In this document: positions 56,748 to 64,000 of the stretch, piece by piece
Layout of the letters: the number at the start of each line of letters is the position of its first letter
Position numbering within the stretch: position 1 is the stretch's first letter
Source of the DNA: an uncultured Anaerolineales bacterium
GTDB lineage: Bacteria > Chloroflexota > Anaerolineae > B4-G1
NCBI GenBank assembly: GCA_964474655.1
Contig: CAYYTU010000001.1
Location: 97,009 to 161,008 of the forward strand
Direction of reading: 5' to 3'
DNA length: 64,000 nt
Position numbers and translations under genes: made by a program
Notes under the pieces: generated by a model
Databases searched by the model: none
What the model saw: the letters and a program-made list of their open reading frames with translations, nothing else
Told to the model about the DNA's origin: nothing

Positions 56748-57968
56748 ATGCAATCTGCACCGCGCAAGACCTTAAAATCGCTCTGGCGGGCGGTCTTTTG
56801 GGTTTCCTTTCCATTTGGTATTCTCTCCTTCGCCCTGCCCATCTACGGCGAGGAGTTGGGCGCGTCGGCGCTGGCGATCGGAGGGTTCTTCTCCGCTTTC
56901 TCGCTCGTGCCGGTCGTCGTGCGGCCGTTCCTGGGCCGCATGCTGGATCGATGGGGGCGGAAGCCCTTCCTGCTGCTGGGGTTGCTCGGCTACGTCGCTG
57001 CCGTTATCCTCTTCTGCCTCGCCGATACGGTGCGGATGGTGACCATCGCTCGCTTCGTTCAGGGACTGGGGGCGGCCTTCCTCTGGCTTTCGGTGCACAC
57101 AATCGTGGCCGACGTGGCTCGTGAAAGCGAGCGTGGACGTGGCTTCGGCACCATCAGGGAGGCGGTCAACCGAGGCACCATCATCGGCACTACTATTGGC
57201 TTCACGGTGCTCTTCTCCCTGGAAGGCTTCTTCGACCTTGGGCTGGAGCAAGTCTGGTTCTGGCTCTTTGCCGTCTACACGATTCCCGCCCTGCTGGCGC
57301 TGTGGAACGGCTGGCGCGGCGTGCTGGAGACACGGCCCTTGAGCGCATCGAATCCCGTCGAGAGCCGCCTCATCTCCGGACGACTGCTGGCGCTGATGGG
57401 CATCGTCTTCGTCACCGGCGCCTCAGCCAATATGGTCTGGCCCATGTTGATGGTCTTTCTAGAGGATATGCTGGGCGCCGGGATAGGAGACCTGGCGCTG
57501 GCCTATCTGCCCGCCGCTTTGATCCAGTCATTCCTGCCCTCGCGGATGGGCAACGTGGCCGATCGCCTGGGACGCAAGGGGCCGATGATCGGCGGGCTGA
57601 TCGTGGGAGCCGCCGCCTCGGGCTTGATTCCGCATCTGTCCAGCGTGATCGCGTTGGCGATTTTGTGGGCTATCGAGTCGCTGGGCTACACCGCATCCGT
57701 GCCGGCGGAGCGCGCTTTCGTCGCCGACGTCGCCGGCGAGGATATACGCGGCACCATTTATGGGCTCTATACCTTCGCTTACTACCTCGGGGCGGCGGCG
57801 GGACCATTGGCCGGTGGCTGGTTGTACGATAACGTCAGCCACGCGACGCCCTTTTATCTCAACACTGGCGCTCTGGTCCTGGGGGCCTTGTTGGTGGCGG
57901 CGGTATTGCGCGAACCACATCCGAAGCGTGAAGCAATGAGACCCGAAACCATAGAACCCGGCATATGA
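56748..57968 (+). CDS. MFS transporter
   Basis: 12-TM profile. MFS motif GRMLDRWGRK between TM2 and TM3. Start at MQSAPRK (AAGG SD); the alternative ATG at 56706 lacks an SD. Confidence 0.75.
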   Translation: MQSAPRKTLKSLWRAVFWVSFPFGILSFALPIYGEELGASALAIGGFFSAFSLVPVVVRPFLGRMLDRWGRKPFLLLGLLGYVAAVILFCLADTVRMVTIARFVQGLGAAFLWLSVHTIVADVARESERGRGFGTIREAVNRGTIIGTTIGFTVLFSLEGFFDLGLEQVWFWLFAVYTIPALLALWNGWRGVLETRPLSASNPVESRLISGRLLALMGIVFVTGASANMVWPMLMVFLEDMLGAGIGDLALAYLPAALIQSFLPSRMGNVADRLGRKGPMIGGLIVGAAASGLIPHLSSVIALAILWAIESLGYTASVPAERAFVADVAGEDIRGTIYGLYTFAYYLGAAAGPLAGGWLYDNVSHATPFYLNTGALVLGALLVAAVLREPHPKREAMRPETIEPGI

Positions 57969-60514
57969 TCCCGCAAAAACTCTCGCTCACTAATTTTATG
58001 TGTTATCGTGAGGCGGAGCTCGACTTCGCCGGCATTCACGTCGCCTGCCTGGCCGGGGAGAACGGCGCGGGCAAGTCGGCGCTGCTCGACGCCATCACCT
58101 GGGCGGTATGGGGCAATTCGCGCCTGGGCGCTCGCGGCGACGACGATCTGATCCGCTTGGGCGAGGACGAGATGGCGGTCGAATACACGTTTTCGCTGGG
58201 GGGCGATAGCTACCGCGTGCTTCGCAAGCGGAAGGCGGGCAAGCGCAGCCGGACGCTACTTGATTTCCAGGTGCAGGACGATGGGCGCTGGCGTTCGCTC
58301 TCCGAGGGCGGCGTGCGAGCCACGCAGAGCAAGATCGAGCGGGTGCTGCGACTCGATTACGACACCTTCGTCAACTCGGCCTTCCTGCGTCAAGGGCAGG
58401 CCGACGAGTTCACGGTCAAGACGGCCTCGGAGCGGAAGCGCGTGCTGGGCGAAATCCTGGCCCTCGATCGCTGGTCGATCTACGAGGAGCGGGTGAAGGA
58501 GCGTCAGAAGGCAATCGCGACCGAGACCGAGGCGATTGAGCTGCGGCTGGAGGAGATCGAAGCGGAGCTGGGACGTCGTTCTGAGTATGAAGCCCAGCTC
58601 AAAGCGGCGCAGGCTACTGTTGATGAGGTTGGCGCGGCTTTGCAGGCGGCACAAGATGCTTACCAGCAGGTCGAGGCGGCGCGGGCGGAGTTGCGGCATC
58701 GAGAATCGCAGATCGCCGAGCAGGATGATCGAATTCGGCAGGCGGAGCGCGAGCTGACGGATCTAGCCGACGAGCGCGCCGCGCGACAAGAGCGCTTGGT
58801 TGAGCTTGACGAACTTGTGGCGAAGAAGGACGAGGTCGAGGCCGGTTACCGGGCGTATCAGGAGGCGATCGAACGGGAACAAGCGCTGGGCGACAAGCTG
58901 CGCCAGTCGGTGGATCTCGACGAGCGGCGCCGCGAACTGGAGGCGACCATCTCCGAGGCGCGGCACCATTTGGAGGCGAAGTGCGACGTCCTCGGGCAGC
59001 GTATTGAGGATCTGGAGGATCGTCGGATCGATCAAGAGATTTTGGACGAGTACGACGACGTCCAGGCCCGGCTCGATCATCTGGAGCAGATCGCGGAGAG
59101 CCGGGATGCGGCCCGGGATGATCTGGGCGGTATCGCCGAGCAGCAGGCGACTCTGAAGGCGCGTAACGAGGCGCTGCGCCGCGAGATGGAGGCGCTCAAG
59201 GAGCGGCTAGAGATGCTGGAGGAGGCCGGGGCTGAATGCCCGCTCTGTGAGCAGCCGCTGACCGAGGGTCACCGTCAACGGCTATTGGAGCAAGTCGAAG
59301 CCGAGGGCAAGGGGAAAGGCGATGCTTACCGCGCCAATCGCCGCGAGTGGCAGGCGCTTGGCGCGCGAGCGGAGGCGCTGAAAGAGCAGATCGCGCGGAG
59401 TGAGCGGGCACTGCGCGAGCGATCAGGCTTGCAGCGACAAGCGGCGGCGCTGACCGAGCGTATCGAGCAGGGGCGTCAGGCCGAGGAGGCGCTGGAAGAA
59501 GTTCGGGCGGACCTGGCGACGCTGGAGCAGCGGCTGGCGGACGAGGATTATGCCCAGGAGGCGCGCGCTGAGCTGGCGCAAGTTTTGAAGGAGGCGGAGA
59601 CCCTGGGTTACGACGCCGAGGCGCACGAGGCGGCCCGTCAAGCCGTGGCCGATGGCCAAGTCTTCGCCGAGCGGAAGGCACAGATGGAGACAGCTCAGGA
59701 GCGGATGGAGGAGGAGCGCGCGGCGCTCAAGCGGCTGGATGAGGCCGAGGATCGCTGGCGGGAGCAACTTCAGGAGGCTCAGGAGCGTCGGGCGGCGCTG
59801 GAGCGAGCGGTCGAGGATATCGAAGCGCGTCTGGAGGAGGCCGAGGCGGTCGAGGATGAGTTGCACGCAATGCGGGCCAAGGAGGCTGAGGCGCGGCAGA
59901 AGCTGGGCGCGGCTCAACAGCGGTTGAAGGCGTGCGAGGTGCTTGAGGAGCAGAAAGCGGCCAAGCGCCGGCGGAAGGAGGCGCTGTCTGAACAGGCGTC
60001 GATCTACGATCAGTTGCGGACCGCTTTCAGCGTGCGGGGCGTGCCGGCGATGATCATTGAGGCAGCGGTGCCGGAGATTGAAGATGAGGCCAATCGGCTC
60101 TTATCTCGGATGACCGGCGGGCGGATGCACGTGCGCTTCGATACGCAGCGGGAGACCAAAGCCGGCGAGGTGCGCGAGACGCTGGAGATCAAGATTTCCG
60201 ATGAGTTAGGCACGCGGCCCTATGAGAACTACTCCGGCGGCGAGCAGTTTCGGGTCAACTTCGCCATCCGTATCGCGCTCTCGAAGCTTCTGGCGCGGCG
60301 GGCCGGGGCTCAGCTCCAGACGCTGGTGATCGACGAGGGGTTTGGGACACAGGATGCTCAGGGGCGTCAGCGGCTGGTCGAGGCGATCAACGCCATCCAG
60401 GATGATTTTGCGCGTCTGCTGGTGATCACGCATATTGAGGAGCTGAAAGACGCTTTCCCGGTGCGGATTGAGGTCGCCAAGACGCCCCAGGGCTCGGTGG
60501 CAACGGTTGTCTAG
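57965..60514 (+). CDS. sbcC: SbcC/Rad50-family DSB-repair ATPase
   Basis: N-terminal Walker A GENGAGKS, long coiled coil with CPLC zinc hook, C-terminal signature YSGGEQFRVNFA and D-loop. No sbcD directly adjacent. Confidence 0.85.
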   Translation: MIPQKLSLTNFMCYREAELDFAGIHVACLAGENGAGKSALLDAITWAVWGNSRLGARGDDDLIRLGEDEMAVEYTFSLGGDSYRVLRKRKAGKRSRTLLDFQVQDDGRWRSLSEGGVRATQSKIERVLRLDYDTFVNSAFLRQGQADEFTVKTASERKRVLGEILALDRWSIYEERVKERQKAIATETEAIELRLEEIEAELGRRSEYEAQLKAAQATVDEVGAALQAAQDAYQQVEAARAELRHRESQIAEQDDRIRQAERELTDLADERAARQERLVELDELVAKKDEVEAGYRAYQEAIEREQALGDKLRQSVDLDERRRELEATISEARHHLEAKCDVLGQRIEDLEDRRIDQEILDEYDDVQARLDHLEQIAESRDAARDDLGGIAEQQATLKARNEALRREMEALKERLEMLEEAGAECPLCEQPLTEGHRQRLLEQVEAEGKGKGDAYRANRREWQALGARAEALKEQIARSERALRERSGLQRQAAALTERIEQGRQAEEALEEVRADLATLEQRLADEDYAQEARAELAQVLKEAETLGYDAEAHEAARQAVADGQVFAERKAQMETAQERMEEERAALKRLDEAEDRWREQLQEAQERRAALERAVEDIEARLEEAEAVEDELHAMRAKEAEARQKLGAAQQRLKACEVLEEQKAAKRRRKEALSEQASIYDQLRTAFSVRGVPAMIIEAAVPEIEDEANRLLSRMTGGRMHVRFDTQRETKAGEVRETLEIKISDELGTRPYENYSGGEQFRVNFAIRIALSKLLARRAGAQLQTLVIDEGFGTQDAQGRQRLVEAINAIQDDFARLLVITHIEELKDAFPVRIEVAKTPQGSVATVV

Positions 60515-60522
60515 GGATGATG

Positions 60523-61128
60523 CTAGAGGAAGCGACGGTCCGACGATGCTTCCCGTCGTCTGGCCCGACGCATATCGCGGGCGGTGCGGAAGTCGTCGAG
60601 CTGGCGGGAAAGGGCCATCCAGTTGTCGACCAGGAGCACCAGGCCGGGTGGGTGCAGCACGTAGAGGCTGAGCCAGAGCCGCAGCCAGATGCGGCTGAGG
60701 GGGTAGGAGGAGAGATCTACGACGAGTACCGTCTTGCCCCAGTAGGGATGCAACCAGCGTCGACGGGCTGGTTTCTCCTGGACCGGGTCAAAGATGTGCG
60801 AAAACTGTTGTGGGCGCACGTCCTGGATGCGGCCGTAGGAGACGGCGATGGGGTAGAATGGCGTGTGGATGTATAGGTGCTTGGGGCGGCATTCTACCCA
60901 GGCTCGTCTTCGGGCCAGAAAGGTATATACCAGGATGATGAACGCCACCAGGGCCGGCACCAGCGTGAGCGCTCGGAATCGCTGGGAGATGATCGTAATG
61001 GCCGGAGAATACCACCACAGCGCCACGGAGGCTGGTATGATCAGGATTGAGGGCCAGGCCCAGCGTTGCCACATGCGCTCGTAGATCAACAGTCGGAATT
61101 TGTCCCCTCGTTTCTTGGACATAGCCAT
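60523..61128 (-). CDS. hypothetical membrane protein
   Basis: Start at MAMSKKRGDKF. Two to three TM helices. Arg-rich C-terminus. Confidence 0.45.
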   Translation of the reverse strand: MAMSKKRGDKFRLLIYERMWQRWAWPSILIIPASVALWWYSPAITIISQRFRALTLVPALVAFIILVYTFLARRRAWVECRPKHLYIHTPFYPIAVSYGRIQDVRPQQFSHIFDPVQEKPARRRWLHPYWGKTVLVVDLSSYPLSRIWLRLWLSLYVLHPPGLVLLVDNWMALSRQLDDFRTARDMRRARRREASSDRRFL

Positions 61129-61395
61129 TATACCTTCGTGTAGTGGGTAATTGCGACTACGCGTGTGGGAGTAAGTATACCATTGGCCGCTGTGATGGAC
61201 AAATGACGACATGCGGGGCAAACGAAGCGATTCTAGGATAGCCCAGACGCATTAGATTGCCTACAGTCACGTTTATCGAGCGTGTCAACCTCAGCTTCGT
61301 TTGCCTTGACTGCATCTGAGCACACTTTGTGGCATTGAAGGCGCTTTCGCAGACGATTCGTTTTGAAAGCCATGCGTGAAGCAAGAAAAAGATGT

Positions 61396-61424
61396 TTGAC
61401 TTGTAAATTGTTAACAGGTATAAT
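61396..61424 (+). promoter_or_regulatory. near-consensus sigma70 promoter (TTGACT-17nt-TATAAT) for the PATAN-GTPase operon
   Basis: TTGACTtgtaaattgttaacaggTATAAT. About 45-nt leader with AATCAGG-gatta-CCTGATT hairpin and GGAGGAG SD. Confidence 0.55.
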
Positions 61425-61475
61425 CGCCTCGCAGTTCCACAATCAGGGATTACCTGATTTTATCGGAGGAGTATT

Positions 61476-62318
61476 ATGGCGCTTAAAGGAAATTTACGCG
61501 ACTTTAGCACAGTTCAGCTGCTTAATCTCATTAACCTGGCGCGTAAGACGGGTAATCTGGTAATTGATAAGCAGGATGAGCAAGCTAATCTTTCTTTCAA
61601 AGAGGGGAAGCTTATCTATGCTACGCTGAATGGCGGTAGTGAGGGGGGGCATCTTGCTGCTGTCCTCCAGCGTGCAGGCAAGCTCACGCAGGAGCAGGCG
61701 CAGGCCATTCAAACCAGGGCGCGAGATAGGAGTGATAAAGAGTTAGGACTGTTGCTGATCAACGCCGGGTACGTGAGTCAAGAAGACATTGTGAGGAGTG
61801 TGCGTTCGTACGTATTGAGCAATGTTTATCCACTGTTTACCTGGACGGAGGGACAGTTTCGTTTTGATTCGCGTTTGAAAGTGGAGGATCGTATCACGGT
61901 CTCTGTCGACCTTGAGAACGTAATTATGGAAGGCAGCCGCCGCATGGATGAGTGGGAACGGCTGCAGGAGGATATCCCCGATCTCGACGTGGCGCTTAAA
62001 TTTGCGGATCGTCCTCAGACGAGCCTGCGGGATATCAATATGAATGTGGAGGAGTGGCGGGTCGTTTCTTTCATCAACCCACGCAACTCAATCCGACAGA
62101 TCGCTCAATATAATAATATGAGCGATTTTCAGATCCGAAAGATTGTGTATGGATTGTTACAAGCGGGGTTGGTGGAGCTGGTACCAAGGGAGGGCGAGGC
62201 GGAGACTGCGCCATCGGCTGGCTCTCAGGCTGAGGCTCAACCTTCGGTGAAGAAGCGGCGTCCAGATGTCAAACGTAATGTGATCACGCGCTTAATTGAT
62301 CGGATTAAGGAATTGTAA
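61476..62318 (+). CDS. DUF4388/PATAN-domain protein
   Basis: N-terminal LKGNLRDFSTVQLLNLINLARKTGNLVI matches the PATAN/DUF4388 signature (G.L..F.L.D.LQ.L...). Confidence 0.65.
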   Translation: MALKGNLRDFSTVQLLNLINLARKTGNLVIDKQDEQANLSFKEGKLIYATLNGGSEGGHLAAVLQRAGKLTQEQAQAIQTRARDRSDKELGLLLINAGYVSQEDIVRSVRSYVLSNVYPLFTWTEGQFRFDSRLKVEDRITVSVDLENVIMEGSRRMDEWERLQEDIPDLDVALKFADRPQTSLRDINMNVEEWRVVSFINPRNSIRQIAQYNNMSDFQIRKIVYGLLQAGLVELVPREGEAETAPSAGSQAEAQPSVKKRRPDVKRNVITRLIDRIKEL

Positions 62319-62320
62319 TC

Positions 62321-62854
62321 ATGCAGACAGTTAAGATGGTAGTGACGGGACCCTTTTCATCGGGGAAGACGGAGTTCATTCAGACGATCAGTGAGATTGA
62401 CGTCGTTGCGACGGAGAGGAAGATCACGAGCCGAGCGGAGCGCATCAAGGATAAGACGACGGTGGCGATGGATTTTGGGCGTATCACTGTCGATGATAAG
62501 TTAGTGCTCTACCTCTTTGGCACGCCTGGACAGCGCCGGTTCGATTTTATGTGGGAGGTTCTTTCCGAGGGCATGTTGGGCTTTGTGGTTCTGCTCGATA
62601 GCGTGCGCCCTGAGACCTTCCGAGAAGCTCGTGAGATCCTCGATACATTCAGGGCTTACGCTCCTGTCCCTTACATTGTGGCGGCCAATAAGCAGGACAT
62701 GGAAGACGCCTGGGATCCTGAGGATTTGCGCATTGCCCTCCGTATCTCCCAGTCGACGAAGATGGTCCCTTGTGTAGCGACAGATCGTGAGAGCGTCAAG
62801 CAAGTGTTGCTGGAGTTACTCTATTCCATCCTGGACGCGATGGATGAGGGATAG
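62321..62854 (+). CDS. MglA/CvnD-like small Ras-family GTPase (ATP/GTP-binding protein)
   Basis: P-loop GPFSSGKTE, switch II FGTPGQ, G4 NKQD. KTTVAMDFGRI...LYLFGTPGQRRF is closely CvnD-like. 3-nt gap from the PATAN gene. Confidence 0.8.
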   Translation: MQTVKMVVTGPFSSGKTEFIQTISEIDVVATERKITSRAERIKDKTTVAMDFGRITVDDKLVLYLFGTPGQRRFDFMWEVLSEGMLGFVVLLDSVRPETFREAREILDTFRAYAPVPYIVAANKQDMEDAWDPEDLRIALRISQSTKMVPCVATDRESVKQVLLELLYSILDAMDEG

Positions 62855-63088
62855 TAGTGCCTCTTGTTGTTTTTGCTGGTCTGGACATAAATCAGGTACT
62901 TCGTGTGCCATAGTGGGGGTTGTGGGGCTTGCGATTTGGTAATCATTTGCGAAATGCCTTCTACCTTGTGTAGTGTTTTGGAATTCGACGGTCGAACTGG
63001 CGCATTCGACAAGGTTCGACCGTTATTCGTGTCAGACAAGGACTTAACGGCGCTTTAACGCAATCGCAATAGTCTTTCCGGGCAGCTG

Positions 63089-63097
63089 TGGTATAGT
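63089..63097 (+). promoter_or_regulatory. candidate extended -10 promoter (TGgTATAGT) for the downstream hydrolase
   Basis: tgGTATAGT about 60 nt upstream of the GTG start. Upstream inverted repeat ACGGTCGAAC...GTTCGACCGT at 62986-63022. Confidence 0.3.
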
Positions 63098-63157
63098 AAA
63101 GTGGTGTGAGCAGGCGTACGTCTACTGTACGATTTACTTTGCGATGAGAAAGCAATT

Positions 63158-63946
63158 GTGAGTTCTATTGTAACGGATGTCGGGATCGTCCATTATGAGG
63201 CCCACGGGCGCGGTCAGCCGGTGATCTTGTTGCACGGCTGGCTTGAGTCCTGGGATCATTGGCTGGGGACGATGGAATCTTTGAGCAGTTGTTGCCGGAC
63301 GTATGCGCTTGATTTCTGGGGGTTTGGCGAATCCGGTAAAGAGGGGGGCGTCTTTACCGTCGCGGATTACGTTGAGATGGTGGATCAGTTTATGGATCGT
63401 CTGGGCATCCTCAGTGCGCCGGTTATGGGCCATTCGATGGGCGGGACTGTCTCGCTCTGTATCGCGTTGGAGCATCCCCAGCGCGTGCAAAAAGTGGCCA
63501 TTGTAGGCTCCCCCGTCGTGGGCGATAGTCTGGCTCTCTTCTTGCGGCTTGCTGCTCGTCGCCCGTTGGCAAAATTGGCCTATCGCGCTCCGGGATTCCT
63601 CTCCCTGGCGGTGAGGCTTTTCTCTCCTCTGTTGGCACGGGATTGGCAGACGTGGTACGAGATGTTTCAACGGGATTTTTCGCGCACCACGTTGGAGTCT
63701 TTCCACCTCAGCATTGCTTCTCTGCGCGAGATAGACCTGCGCCCGCGCCTCCAGGAGGTCGATATCCCGGCGTTGGGGATTTATGGCGGCAAGGATCGGA
63801 TCGTCGATCCTGGGCAAGGAGCGGTTTTGGCTGAGCATGCCCCTAAGGCGGAGGTGCGACACTTCCAGCGCTCGGGACATTTCCCAATGTTGGACGAGCC
63901 GGATCGTTTTTACAGGTCATTACACGATTTTTTGAATGGTGAATGA
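63158..63946 (+). CDS. alpha/beta-fold hydrolase
   Basis: HGW oxyanion region, GHSMGG nucleophile elbow, C-terminal His (SGHFP). GTG start. Confidence 0.8.
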   Translation: MSSIVTDVGIVHYEAHGRGQPVILLHGWLESWDHWLGTMESLSSCCRTYALDFWGFGESGKEGGVFTVADYVEMVDQFMDRLGILSAPVMGHSMGGTVSLCIALEHPQRVQKVAIVGSPVVGDSLALFLRLAARRPLAKLAYRAPGFLSLAVRLFSPLLARDWQTWYEMFQRDFSRTTLESFHLSIASLREIDLRPRLQEVDIPALGIYGGKDRIVDPGQGAVLAEHAPKAEVRHFQRSGHFPMLDEPDRFYRSLHDFLNGE

Positions 63947-64000
63947 TCCATTTGAACGTGAGGCGTGAGGCGTGGGGCGTCAGCGGATGGGGCTTTCAAT

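Overview
This is a 64-kb high-GC bacterial chromosomal segment with dense coding on both strands. I see no phage, plasmid or CRISPR hallmarks. The gene content suggests a Chloroflexota-like or other Terrabacteria genome, but that lineage call is only an inference. Gene content in order: (i) 47-9478, minus strand, an 11-gene complex-I cluster in the unusual order nuoJ-K-L-M-N-A-B-C-D-H-I. It lacks nuoE, nuoF and nuoG, and nuoJ is split by a frameshift in a G6 homopolymer. mgtE lies upstream of it. (ii) 11.9-22.8 kb, plus strand, a lipoyl-dependent 2-oxoacid/acetoin dehydrogenase operon: E1 alpha, E1 beta, an AcoX-like NAD-kinase-fold protein, two small conserved hypotheticals, E2 and E3. It is followed without a break by lipB, an HdrD-like CCG-domain Fe-S protein, and an HdrA flavoprotein. 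This hdrA carries an in-frame TGA at the conserved FAD-proximal Cys position, which makes it a predicted selenoprotein. The lipoate-Hdr-Sec linkage is the most interesting system in the window. (iii) 23.2-30.9 kb, a System I cytochrome c maturation cluster: ccmE, a CcmF fused to a thioredoxin-like domain, then ccmABC and an uncalled small ccmD. It is interrupted by a PemK/MazF-type toxin-antitoxin pair and two small membrane proteins. (iv) Housekeeping genes: argF, a TPR protein, cdaA-cdaR, nnr, iscS-mnmA, an esterase, a TPR/SLT lytic transglycosylase, thiF-like, thpR, a LOG-like protein, a sulfatase-fold protein, amt, nadK-recN, an MFS transporter and sbcC. (v) A PATAN(DUF4388)-domain protein paired with an MglA/CvnD-like small GTPase, behind a consensus promoter. 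(vi) Two inverted copies of a ~150-bp MITE-like repeat at 11.3 and 43.7 kb. (vii) Several short tandem repeats and intrinsic terminators. Many long ORFs antisense to real genes are GC-driven artifacts.
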